A stretch of DNA of 64,000 bases, from NCBI GenBank assembly GCA_038087875.1, contig JAXLNO010003747.1, positions 124,001 through 188,000 of the forward strand. Reading direction: 5' to 3'. Below the pieces are notes generated by a model that did not search any database, had not been told where the DNA came from, and saw nothing but the letters and a program-made list of their open reading frames with translations. The DNA is from Malacoraja senta. Its lineage: Eukaryota. Position 1 is the stretch's first letter. Each line of letters starts with the position of its first letter. Of this stretch, positions 43,821-57,134 are shown piece after piece. Made by a program: the position numbers and the translations under genes.

Positions 43821-45599
43821 GCTCTTTATTGTATCAATGCTGACTGATGACTTTACATTCAGCCATTAATTTTTCAAGTGCTGTCTTCACTGCAGTTACC
43901 CTGTGATTCCAAAGTCATACATTGCGCCACATTTTGGAATAAAAGGTCGCCCATTTGATTGATTGATACTTTATTACCATATGTGTCATGTCACAGTGAA
44001 ATTCTTTGTTTTACATGACATACAAAGAGTCACCATGTATAGGGTGTCGACACAGTTACAAAGTAATCATTACAGTCCCCAATGGTCCCTCTTTGTTCTC
44101 GGCAGCCCCTCCATGTTGGGTTCACCTGTGTTATCAACGGCCCCCCAACCCCGGGACCATCTTTGTTCTCGGCAGCCGCTCCATGTTGGGTTCACCTGTA
44201 TTATCAGCCCCCCCCCACCCCGAGACCCTCTTTGTTCTCGGCAGTCCTCTCTTGCCAGGTTCTTCTTTAAAATAGCTACGAAGAAGATTTATTTTCCAGG
44301 AGGTGTATGATTTGCCTGAACATTCTATTCCAGCTGTGAAGATAAGGTGAATGAATATTTTCCAGGTTGAGATAGAGAGTTTAAGATCAGAAATGAATCA
44401 AAGATAGCAGGAATAATGCAGTAAACTGATCGAAATCAGATTGGACATAATGTTATTGAATGATGCAGTCTGTTCAAGGGGGCTTACAGCTGATTACTAA
44501 TCTTATTTTATAAAAAACATAAAAATGTTCATCTCAGGAAGAGGCCCTTTGTCCCACAATGTCTGTGGTGAACATGATGAGATGCTAAACTGATCCCATC
44601 CAACTGCAACATGATCCATATCCCTCTATTTCCTGCAGATCAGATTGTCAATCTAAAAGCCTCTCAAACATCATATACATATCTTGCCAGAGATAGACAC
44701 AAAAAGCTGGAGAAACTCACCGGATCAGACAGCATCTCTGGATACAAGGCATAGGTGACATTTCGGGATGAGACACTTGTTCAGATTCCAGAAATGCTGT
44801 TTGACCCGCTGAGTTACTCCAGCTTTTTGAGCCCATCTTCGGTTTAAACCTGCATCTGCAGTTTCTTCCTAGTTATTTTGCCACTTCTCTTTGTCACATA
44901 CTGTAACCTGCATTCCGTGTTCACATACCTGATGGTGTAGTGGAGAAGTAATTGCCTTTGCATTTAATGCTTCACTCAGTGCTTCAAGTATTTGATGGGC
45001 CAGTCAACAAGGATCTTTGTTTTCAATACGAACCACGCTCTACACCACAGCTTACATAATATTGCTTAGTTTAGTTGAGTTATAGAGCATGGATGCAGAG
45101 CCTTCAGCTCATCGAGTTGATACCAACCATCCTGCACACCAGTTCTATGTTATCCCTCTTTCACATCCGCTTTCCATACACTAGGGCAATTTTACAAAGG
45201 CCAACTCACCTACATACCTGTACATCATTGAGATGTGCGAGGAAACCGGAGCACCGGGAGAAATCCCACGTGGTCACAGGGAGAACATGCAAACTCCACA
45301 TAGACAACATCCCAGTCCCATGTCATGTGAATATTTATGGAACATGGTAACGTATGGGGGCTGTGTTTTGTTGACCTGACAGATCACAGGTAACAATACT
45401 CATTATCAAAGCTGTGGTGTAATAGCTGTGGAAGTGTTTTATGTGCAACAGACCGAGAATGTCATTGTATATCCACCAGTGTCATTTCTGAATTATGAGC
45501 ATTTATTAAAATACTTTTGAATGAGTTTTACCAAGACGTTAGCATGCTATATACTTGTTTTGTCATTGTTAATACTGCAGACAGCTATTTACTCAATCA

Positions 45600-46020
45600 T
45601 AAGATCATCAGTGATAGGAACAGAATTAGGCCATTCATCCCATCATTCATGGCTGATCTATCCTATACTCCAAACCCCATTTTCTTGCCTTCTCCCCATA
45701 ACCCCTGACACCCGTACTATTCAAGAATCTATCTATCTCTGCCTTAAAAAATATCCATTGACAACCTCCACAGCCTTCCGTGGCAGAATTCCACAGATTC
45801 ACCACCTTCTGAATAAAGAAATTCCTCCTCATCTCCTTCCTAAAGGAATGTACTTTAATTGTGAGGCTTTGCCCTCTGCTGAGATGCTCCCACTAGTGGA
45901 AACATCCTCTCAACATCCACTCTATCCAGGCCTTTCACTATTCGGTAAGTTTCAATGAGGTCCCCCCCTCATCCTTCTAAACTCCAGCGAGTAGAGGCCT
46001 AGTGCCGTCAAACGCTCATC
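45600..46020 (-). mobile_element. CR1 LINE 3' fragment
   Basis: MRRNFFIQKVVNLWNS motif. Confidence 0.8.
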
Positions 46021-47164
46021 AGAACGGAATAACAACAACTTTACTCTTCATATAACCAATTGTGAAAATTCACACCTCCACATTCAGGGACAGTCTCTTC
46101 CCAATTGTTATCAGGCAACTGAAACCATCCTACCTACAACCAGGGTGCAGTCCTGAACTACTGTCTCCTGCATTGGAGATCCTCGGGCAATCTTTGATCG
46201 GACTTTACTGCCTTTATCTTGCACCAAACGTTATTCATGTTATTCCCTTGATCATATATCTGTACACTATGGATGGCTCGATTATAATGTATTGTCTTTC
46301 CACTGACTGGTTAGCACATTTAGTTTATTTAGTTTAGAGATACAGGGTGGAAACAGGGTCCACACCAATTCCCGCACACTAACACTATCCTACACACACT
46401 TGGAACAGGTTTACATTTATACCAACCCAATTAACCTACATACCCATGGTCAAGATCAAACCCGGCTGTGTGGCACAAGGCAGCAACTCCAGTGGTGCAT
46501 CACCATGTTGCCCTTATTGTTGTAGGATGTGCAGGGAATGGAGGTATATTATGTGCAGGCAGATAGGAGTTGGTCTTGGCATCATGTTCAACACAGATAT
46601 TGTGGGCCAAAGGGCCTGTTCCTGTGCTGTACTGATCTATTGTGGTGATTGTGAAAACACATAATAATTACTTGATTGCTGATATCTTAAGTGTATTTAC
46701 TTGGTACATTAAATATTCAGACAAAACTAAATTCCATTCCCAAGTCATCTAATTCCCACACCCCATTCAGCGTGAAACATCAACTTTATTGAGGTACTGA
46801 TATATTTATTTTCTGTTAATATGTAACTGAGTTTAATGTTACACCAAATGGTAATTGGCTTGTTTCCATCAGTGTTTGCAATCTGGGTGACCCTGAATTT
46901 ATTGCCCAGTTGTGAGATTCCTCGCAAGGACTGAGATGAAGCAGAAACCTGACTGCTACAGATTTTTTGGAGGGGTTTGCAAGATTTTAACCCAACACCT
47001 CTGAAGGCAAGACAATATATTTACAAGCAGCCTCAAACACACCTCAGACAGTCATCAAGGCACTCGTCACTGTCTGTGAAAAAACATGCCCTGCACATTT
47101 CCTTTAAACTCTCATCTTAAAGCTATGCCCTCTTGTATTCAATGTTTCCATCCATGTTAAGTTT

Positions 47165-47465
47165 AGTTTATTTTAGTTTAGAGATACAGGCCCTTCGGCC
47201 CACCGGGTCCGCACCGACTAGTGATCCCTGGGCATTAGCACTACCCTACACACACTAGGGACAATTTACACATACACCAAGCCAATTAATCTACATACCT
47301 GTACATCTTTGGAGTGTGGGAGGAAACCGAAGATCTGAGAAAACCCATGCTGTCATGGAGAGAACGTAGAAACTCCATACATACAGCACCCGTGGTCAGG
47401 ATCGAACCTGGGTCTCCCACGCTGCAAGCGCTGTAAAGCAGCAACTCTACCGCTGCGCCACAGTG
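47165..47465 (-). mobile_element. V-SINE (HE1-like)
   Basis: Same consensus. Confidence 0.88.
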
Positions 47466-48239
47466 ACTGCCCCTGTTCTGACTATCTATCCTATCTATAC
47501 TTCTCATAGTTTTATGTACTTCTATCAGGTGTCCCATCAAACTCCGGCATTGTAGCGGCAGCAATCCATGTCTGTACATATGTTTCATGTAGCCAACACA
47601 CCCTAGTTGAGGCATCATTCTTGTAAACCTCTGCACCCTTTCCAATGCCTCTACATCCTTTATGTAATGGGTCAACAAAAACTGCACATAATACCCCAAA
47701 TGTGGACTACCCAAAGCCCTATAAAACTGTATTATGACTTCCTGTCTCTAGAAACCCAAGATTCAACCCCAAGATCTCTCTGTAGATTAATGTTGTTAAG
47801 GGTCTTGCCAATAACTGTATACTTTTCCTTTACATTCGACCACTCAAAGTGTAACATACTTGCTCAAAATGAACTCCATTTGCAATTTTTCTGCCCATTT
47901 CTGTATCTGATGTATTTCCCATTGTACACTACAGCCTTCTTCACTGTTTGCAACTCCATCAATGTTGGTGGCGCCTGCAAACTAACGAACCAACCCAACC
48001 ACTGGGTGGCGCCAGCAATGGCTGCCTCGCCAACAGTCTGTCTTTCCCTTCCTTCTTTGTGTTTTAATAGTATGTGTTAAATCGGGGGTTGGCAACCTAC
48101 GGCCCATGGGCCGGATCCGGGCTGTAACTCGAAATCATCCGGCCCGCAGGCGTAACACAAAACACACACAACACTTATCCGAGAGTAGTTCTCACACACA
48201 CACACACAGCCAATTCCATATCACAACACCTGTCGACTC

Positions 48240-48557
48240 AAGGGCCTGTCCCACTGTACGAGCTAATTCAAGAGTTCTCCCGAGTTTCCCATGATTCAAA
48301 CTCGGAGAATTACAGTAATAGCCGCTCGTAGGTACTCGGGGCTCTCGTGGACATTTTTCAACATGTTTAAAAACCTTCATGAGTCTTCACGAGCTTACCG
48401 CGTTTCCCGAGTACCTGCCATTAGCGTTACAAGCCGCTAAGAGACGTCCCGAGCTCCAACGTACCCGCTATGTACATTCTACGTACTGACCACGAGTTCG
48501 ATTTTTTTAAAACTTGGGAGAGCTCTTGAATTACCTCGTACAGTGGGACAGGCCCTT
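48240..48557. mobile_element. MITE (non-autonomous DNA transposon; PIF/Harbinger-like, tentative)
   Basis: 35-bp TIR AAGGGCCTGTCCCACTGTACGAG(C/G)TAATTCAAGAG with 1 mismatch; second copy at ~62989-63306. Confidence 0.85.
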
Positions 48558-50629
48558 AAATCTCTCTCTCCGTCCCTACCCTCCCACCCCCTCTTCCATC
48601 CTCCCGACCACCCGAAGTGAAAGCGTCCCCCACCTCGGTGCTGCGGGTTGTGTGAAACTGCAGCGGGATGAGAGCGGATTCAACAAGGGAGCGGTTTCCT
48701 CGGGAGCCCAGCGGCGGACTGGCTGGAGGAAAGCAAAGCATCAGCGAGGTTGGTGAGCAATTCCGCTCCGGCCACAGTTTTGCACTTTAGTCGTATTTGT
48801 CGCAGGGGTAATTGTCTTTTTGTTACGATTTTTAAAAACTATAATTAATTATTAATTAAATCAAAATAAGAATGCAAGGAAACAACAAGAGATCCAATCA
48901 GAACATAGACACAAAATGCTGGAGTAACTCGTCGGGACAGGCAGCATCTCTGAAGAGAAGGAATGGGTGACATTTTGGGTCGAGACCCTTCTTCAGGCTG
49001 ATGTCAGGGGAATGGGAGGTCGATAGATAAGGAAGTGTATAGATAAGGATGTGTGAGATGTGAAAACAGGACAAAGGGAATGGAGATCAAGGAAAATGTA
49101 GCAGCAAAGGAAAGAGAGATAAAGAAGGGAAACTCTCGGAAAAGATTGACAAGGGGGATCTGCTACATAGTGAGAAGCTGGGGTAAATAAAGCACCTTTA
49201 TTTAACAGCAAGCTGCTTCGATAAACAAATAGGTAACAAGCCAACAGATGGTTACACTGATAACGTTATACCAACAAGGGTGTTTGCAGGTTCAAGTGCA
49301 ACATAAACTCTGGCCTTGAAGTATGATACTGTTTGGTTGGTTTCTGTGTGCGTACGCAATGAGATTCTTTACAATGTAAATCAGAATATGAAAAACTGAG
49401 AAAAAAGTATAATATATAGATTCATTCTTGCAAAACCTTTCACAACATATTTAAAACATTTAGAACCACTGAGTATTTCTTGAAATGTAAACACTATTGA
49501 ATGAATAAACAAAGAACATTGAGCAGGATGACACAGGGATAAGCCCTAGCATCACAACGTCTGTGCTGGCTATGTTGCCTTTACAACCTAATCCCATCTT
49601 CCTGCACATGGTCTATCCAGACTGAAGAAGGGTCTCGACCCAAAACATCACCCAGTCCTTCTCTCCCGAGCTGCTGCCTTTCCCGCTGAGTTACTCAAGA
49701 TTTTTGTGTCTACCTTTGGTTTAAACCAGGATCTGCTGTTCCTTTCCACACACCCCTTCATTTCCTCTCTGTTCACATGTCAGGACCCAAAAGAGACAAG
49801 AGAGTTAGGCTTCTTTAATGAAATGTCTAATTAAATGTTCCAACAACAGAACAATTACATTATTACATGCAGCAGTCTAACAGGCCCATAAACAGAGTAT
49901 AAATTGATAAAAAAGATAATAATTTACACAAAAATAAAAGAGCCACTGTGGCGCGACAGTCAAAATCAATTTATTAGTTAACATAAAACAGAGCAGTACC
50001 ACATATATGCCTGTTTAAATGCCTTTAAACATTGCTATCATATCTGTTTCCACTACTTCCTCTGACAGCATGCTCCAAGCACCCACCACTCTCTGTGTAA
50101 AAAATAATTTAAGATTTACTCCTCTGTACTCTGTGTCTCTCATAATTATATATTCCAACTCCACAATATTCCAACTCCACAAGAGCAAATGATCTAAGTT
50201 TGTCCAACCTGTCCTCACAGCTGACACTCTCAAACACTGCTTTCAATTTTCATTCAAAGGGAAATGTGATGAGCGACAGATGATCTGTGTTCTTCGGTGG
50301 TATCAACTGCAAGATAAATATCAATGAGGATTCTGGGGTTAACCTGTATTCCTTAAATAACGTTTTGGGATTATTTTTAGAGGGCTGAAATATATATCAG
50401 GCCATTCAGCCCACCGAATCCACACCAGTCATTGACCATCCGTTCACACCAGTTGAGTGTTATCACATTTATTCATCACATTTTGACTTCACGGAGGCTG
50501 ATTAAGCAACAAGCCACCACGTGGTGTACGAGGAAGCTGGAGCACCTGGAGGAAGCCAGCGCAGTCACAGGGGGAAGGTGCAAACTCCACACGGACAGTA
50601 CTTGAGGGCAGGATCAAGGCCAGGTCATA

Positions 50630-51180
50630 AGGAATGGGTGTAGAATTAGGCCATTCGGCCCATCTAGTCCACTCCACCATTCAATCATTACTGATCTATC
50701 TCTCCCTCCTCGCCCCATTCTCCTGCCTTCTCCCCATAACCTCGGACACTTGTACCAATCAAGAATCTATCTCTGACTTTAAAATATCCACTGACGGCCT
50801 CCACAGCCTTCTGTGGCAACAAATTCCATGGATTTGCCACCCTCTGCCTTCTCCTCATCTTCCTAAAAAAAATTCTCCTCATCTTCCTAAAAAAATGTCC
50901 TACAATTCTGAGGCTATGACCTCCAGTCCTAGACTCTCTCACTAGTGGATACATCCTCTCCACATCCACTCTATCCAAACCATTCACTATTCTGTAGGTT
51001 TTAATGAGGTCCCCCCCTCATTCTATTAAACTCCAAAGAGTACAGGCCCAGTGCTAACAAATGTTCATGATAGGTTAACCTACTCATTTCTGGGATCATT
51101 GTTATAAACCTCCTCTGGACCCTCTCCAGAGCCAGCACATCCTTCCTCAGATATAGTGCCCAGAATTGCTCACAATATTC
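50630..51180 (-). mobile_element. CR1 LINE 3' fragment
   Basis: EYCEQFWALYLRKDVLALERVQRRF motif. Confidence 0.85.
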
Positions 51181-52982
51181 TCTAGCACTGAGGGAGCAGC
51201 TCTGCCAGTTGTGCCATTGTGCCGGCCTGGTAGTATTTTGGTTTAACATGTGGTAGTAAAATTGCATCACAAACTCTGCAGAACGCCCTGTATAGCACTA
51301 GATTCCACTGATGTTTCTTTGGTGGGATATTGACCCGTGGCTCTCTGACTGAGAATGGAGATATGAAAAAAAAAATAGCTTTGCACATAACTCAGTTACT
51401 TCTTGCCCGAGTGAATGGAGCCCGCAGCTGGGGCCTGGGCGGGTGCCACGAAGGCGTCCAGAGAGGACCCGGCAGCGTTAATGAAAAGGCCAGTGTGGCG
51501 GTCGATGATGGCGCCGACCGATGGACGAGGATGGACAAGTGGAAGTGAGGACGCCGCTGCCGAGGGAAGGAACAAAGGAGGACCCGGCGTGGGGGACGTG
51601 AATTTGTAACTTTGTAAGCGCCCTTTATGGGCAACTATTTCCATACCTTGTGTGTGCAAGCAAAGAATGTCACTGAGACTTGTCACATGTGACAATAAAG
51701 TATTCAATTCAATTCAATTGACAGCCACCTCTCATAATCTATTGATAACAGGCCTTTTGTTACAAGATGGCATTCTCTGGAAAGGCGTAGGTTATTTAAA
51801 AATGTTTTAATCAATTTCTCTGATACTAGTGCACTGACCTCTTGTTCTGCTTTAGCTGTAAGTAGACACACACTCTACAATACCTTTCTCACACGACCGA
51901 ACGTTGAGGATCAGTTTGCACATGGTATGTTTGAGAGCTATTTTCATTTACCGGGAGACATCACAGCCTAGCCTGAACTAGACTGCATGCTACTCTATAG
52001 TTAATGGTGAGATCAAGGCTTTTTGTCTGTCAGTCTGATATTGATTACAGTTGAATTCAGGAAACCCAATACCAAACACAGCCTTTCACAAGGAAAAGCA
52101 AACAAATTGTGGCATTTACTTCAAGAAATACTCACACAACCTATTGGACAATGTTAATGAATTCTGTTACAAACAATGAGTTCAAACCATGCTAAACAAG
52201 TCCAAATCATTCTTAATGTATACGAAGGAACGGCAGATGCTGGTTTAAGCCGAAGATAGACACAAAATGTTGTAGTAACTCACAGGCACAGGTAGCATCT
52301 CTGGAGAGAAGGAATGGGTGATGTTTTGGGTTGAGATCCTTTGGGGGAAAAATCCTCCTGGCCTATGTGCAAATCGCAGTGAATGAGAATGGAGATGTTG
52401 ACTGTGAAATGTGAGTCAGTGGGATTTGGATGGAAATGTGAATGCACAGAATTTAAAAGTAGTCTATTGGATCTGAACACATCTTGGTCTGAAGTAGGGT
52501 CTAGACCCACAATTTCACCCATTCCTTCTCTCCAGAGATGCTGCCTGTAAGTTACTCCAGCATTTTGTGTCTGTCTTCCGTGTAAACTGGCATCTGCAGT
52601 TCCTTCCCACACATTTGGTATGTGAATCAGTATTGTGTGAATGGATAATTTTTTGAATGGGTATATGCTTCAGAATGGTGTTGGTGGGTGCATTTTTGAA
52701 TGGGGTATGTGATTCAGAATGGTGTGAATGGAGGAATTTTTGAACGGGGCATGTGTTTCAAAATGGTGTGATCAAGTTTATCAATGACAGATACATTTAT
52801 GCAATTAATCTATATTTATCATATTTAATTTTATAACATAAATATGAATTTCAAATTGAATTAATTACGTTCCACCCTGTTACTTGATCTTTTAGATAGT
52901 TGAGAAGGTATTGAAAGAGTGCCTTGTTCACTCAAGAACCCAGGCAATAGTGGACAGTTTATCAGCAAACACTTGGCCCAAC

Positions 52983-53067
52983 ACTGATCTGTTGGGCTGA
53001 GACTCCAGTCCCAACCTCTCACATTGTGTAAGAGGTTGGGACTGGAGTCTCAGCCCAACAGATCAGT
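52983..53067. repeat. Perfect inverted repeat (37-bp arms, 11-nt loop)
   Basis: 52983-53019 is the exact reverse complement of 53031-53067. Confidence 0.95.
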
Positions 53068-53329
53068 CAGAAGAGGTACAGGTACAGAGGCAGGGTGAAT
53101 GTGTGCTTTGTAGACTATCAGATACAGAATATTACAGGTCAGGAACTCACCCTTTGGCCCACAATGTATATGCCGAATGTAATGTCAAGATAAACTGACC
53201 TAGTTGAATGCAAACAGAAATTTTACATTCGATGAACACTTTCACATCATACAACCCATCTCCAATGAAAATTATCTCCTTCCTTCCATGACTTTTAGTT
53301 ATGGAGTCATAGAGTGATACAGTTTGGGA

Positions 53330-54510
53330 ACAGGCCCTTCGGCCCAACTAATCCACACCGGCCAACATGTCCCAGCTACACTAGTCCCACCTGCCTGCCT
53401 TTGGTCCATATCCTTCCAAACCTGTCATATCCATGTACCTGTCTAACTGTTTCTTAAACGAGGGGATAGTCCCAGCCTCAATTACCTCCTCTGGGAGCTT
53501 GTTCCATACACCCACCACACTTTGTGTGAAAACGTTACCCTTCGGATTCCTATTAAATCTTATCCCATTGACCTTGAAACTATGTCATCTGGTCCTCGAT
53601 TCGCCTACTCTGGGCAAAAGACTGTGCATCTACCCTAACTATTCCTCATGGTTTTGTACACCTCTTACAAGATCACCCCTCATCCTCCTGCGCTGCAAGG
53701 AATAGAGACCCAGCCTACTCAACCTCTCCCTATAGCTCACACCCTCTAGTCCTGGCAACATCCTTGTAAATCTTTTCTGACCAGTTTCAAGCTTGACAAT
53801 ATATTTCCTATAACATGGTGCCCAGAACTGGACACAATATTCCAAATGCGGTCTCACCAACGTCTTATACGACTGCAACATGATCTCCCAACTTCTGTAC
53901 TCATTATTCTGACTGATGAAGGGTAATGTGCCAAAAGCCTTTTTGACCACCTTATCTACCTATGACTCGACCTTTAAGGAACCTTGCACTTGTACCCCTA
54001 GATCCCTCTCCTCTCAACACTCCCCAGAGACCGACTATTTACTTTGTTAGACGTCCCAAAAAGCAACACCTCACACTTCTCTGTATTAATTTCCATCAAC
54101 CATTCCTCGGCCCACTGGCCAATCGATCCAGATCCTGCTGCAATCGTTCACAACCATCGTCTACCTGCAATCGTTCACAACCATCTTCACTATCTGCAAA
54201 ACCACTCCCTTCTGTATCATCAGCAACCTTGTTAATCTTGCCCCACATTATATCATCCAAATCAATTATGTAGATGACAAACAGTAACGGGCCCAGCACC
54301 GAACCCCGAGTCACACCACTAGTCACACGCCTCCAATCAGTGAAGCAACCTTCCACCATCATCCTCTGCTTCCTTCCATGGGGCCATTTGCTATCCATTC
54401 AGCTATCTCTCCTTGGATCTCATGTGATCAAATCTTCCAGAGCAGCCTACCATGCTACCTTTTCGAATACCTTTCTGAAATCCATGTACACAACATCTAC
54501 AGCTCTGTAG
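53330..54510 (-). mobile_element. CR1 LINE 3' fragment
   Basis: QGSVLGPLLFVIYI-like, ADDT, LVRPHLEYCVQFWAP motifs. Confidence 0.88.
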
Positions 54511-57134
54511 AGCTTCCACAGCTTGAGTTGTGCAAAGTCATGGAGAACACATCTCCGGTCAGTCAGCTAATTTCCATTGTGTTCAGTGTGTTGGACTGAG
54601 GGAAAAAAAATGGGATTAAAGGATGAGATTCTTTCTCCAGTTGCTGTGATACATTGCAAATGGATCGATTGTAATGTGTACGAAGGAACTGCAGATACTG
54701 GTTTAAACTGAAGATAGACACAAAAAAGCTAGAATAACTCAGCGGGGCAGGCAGCATCTCTGGAGAGAAGAATTGAAGAAGGGTCTCAACCCGAAACGTC
54801 ACCCATTCCTTCTCTCCAGAGATGCTGCCTGTCCTGCTGAGTTACTCCAGCTTTTTGTGTCTATCTTCAGATCGATTACAATCATGTATTGACTTTCTGC
54901 TGACTGGTTAGCACACAACAAAAGCTTTTCACTGTAAACAGCTTTCACTGTTTCACAATAAACTAAACTGAACTGAGACTATTAATACTTCATACCTGTG
55001 CATAAACCTGGGCAAATGAATTTTAAAATAATTCTTGACTATAACCTGTATTCAGTTGACTGTCTTGACTGTAACCTGAATCCAATGGTTCCATGGTACT
55101 TTATTGTCGCATATGCCTGGGTTCAGTGAAATTCCTTTTTGCCTACAGTTCTGTCAAACATTTACAATACACAAGGACAATCATACTTTAGTACAAGACT
55201 ACAGGAAATATAGATTACATTGAGACAATACACAATTTGTATTGATTTCCACTAACATTTTGCATAAATCAAAACTCCAAAGTTATAAACAATGTAGAGA
55301 TTTAACTTGACCTGGTAACCTATTGCTTTGGTGGCAGCACTGGTTTGGAGCTGCAGGGTTTAGCCCACAATGTTTGGTATTAGTGTAAAGTTCATAATAT
55401 CAGGATTATTCTTGCATGGAACAGACACTGGTCCACGGCCCCAACTTGAATCTGATTTCATGAATTAATTGGCCATTGTACACTTGGCCAGACATTCCTT
55501 ATCAAGATTACCATAAGGGACAACCTGCCCAGCCAATGTTACCTCAAAGTGACCATGAGTGTGGTGAACATGGATTGACTTGGAAAGTTTCCTGAAAGAT
55601 CAGCACACATTGAAATGATAACGCAATCAACTGTTATTCGATGCACAGAGACTTTGCCCAGAGTAGGGGAATCGAGGACCAGAGGACATAGGTTCAAGGT
55701 GAGGGGGAAAAAGATTTAATGGGAATCCGAGGGATAGCATTTTCACACAAAGGGTGGTAGGTGTATGGAACAAGCTGCCAGAGGAGGGAGTTGAGGCTGG
55801 GACTATTCTATCCTTTAAGAAACAGTTAGACAATCGCAGGCAAGTGGGACCAGTGTAGCCGGGACATTGTTGGTCGGTGTGGGCGAGTTGGGCCGAAGGA
55901 CCTGTTTCCAAACTGTATCACTCTATGACTCTATGATATTATTAATAAAATTAATTAACGACAATCAAGTAGATTGTTTGAAGCTGTTCCCATTCCTTAT
56001 GCAGATCCAAGTAACCCGATCAAGGTAAATCAATGTTAGGTGCCTGGAAGATGTGGAGTACTCAATAATCAAGATCTGGTACTTTAGTGACCTTCCTTCC
56101 ATTATAAAGTCAAAAGTGATTGTCTGCTGTTGATTGCACAATGCTCAATTTCATTTCCTCATTTATTCACTGCACCACAAGCTTCAACCAGTGACAAAAC
56201 ACACTGCAGGTACGTGTCGTCTAGCCCATCAGAACATTCCAAACTCAACATCTCAAGCACAAGAACAACAAGGTCAGCAGATGTGTGGGAACCTGACCTG
56301 GTATCCATCCTGACTTAGAAATGAATCACCATTTGTTCATAATTGAGTTTGGTTTAGAGATATGTTATGCCAGCAGTTCGAAATAAACAGGTCGGGAGAG
56401 GGTGGAAGGCTGGCACAGGGGGGTCAAAGAGGATGGGGTTTGTAGGATAAGGAGGACTGTGATGACTCCTTCCTGTAGAAAAAGGCTTGGAGGCGGAGGC
56501 AACTGAAGAAGATCTCTACATCATGGTGAGCCCTGAATTTGTTGAGGTGGGGGCGTAGGGATACAAAGATAAGGCCTCAGTTGAAGACTGACTGTTCTGT
56601 ATCAGTCGGGGGGAAGGACCCTGGAAATGCGTTACTGTATATTGTCGGGGCCAGCAGCATAGAGGCCCAAGGCTGGAAAAGGGGCTTGCAAACCATGTGT
56701 TGATGTCTTGCCGACTGGTGGCCGGTGAAGAGGCGAGGATCGGCGGAGTCAATGGGCCCACGAGTGGCTAGAGTACAGGTAAAGGTTGGCGGCAAACATG
56801 GCCTGGAAGCTTTGTGGGCCGATGGTGGCATGATCAACAGTATCAGTAGGTCAGGCCTGGAAGCTCCATTAACCATTCTTCAGCCCACTTGTCTCACTGA
56901 TCACAATCCAGCTGTAATTTTTGATAACTATGTTCACTGTTTATGATACCAACTAGGTCAATGTCATCTGCAACGTTTCTAATCATGCCTCACATTTTCA
57001 TCTAAGTTGCTCATATAAACTACAATCAGCAATGGGCCCAGCACTGAACCCTGAGGGACACCTCTATTCACAGGCCTCCAGTGTGAAAAGCAAACTTCTA
57101 CTATCACCCTATCACGCCACTAGGGGCGCCGCAT

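Noticed and set aside
44085-44245. ~75-bp tandem repeat (about 2.5 copies) with overlapping ORFs
   Set aside because: Simple local duplication; the ORFs show no homology. Small duplications at ~50150-50185, 50860-50895 and 54135-54185 were treated likewise.
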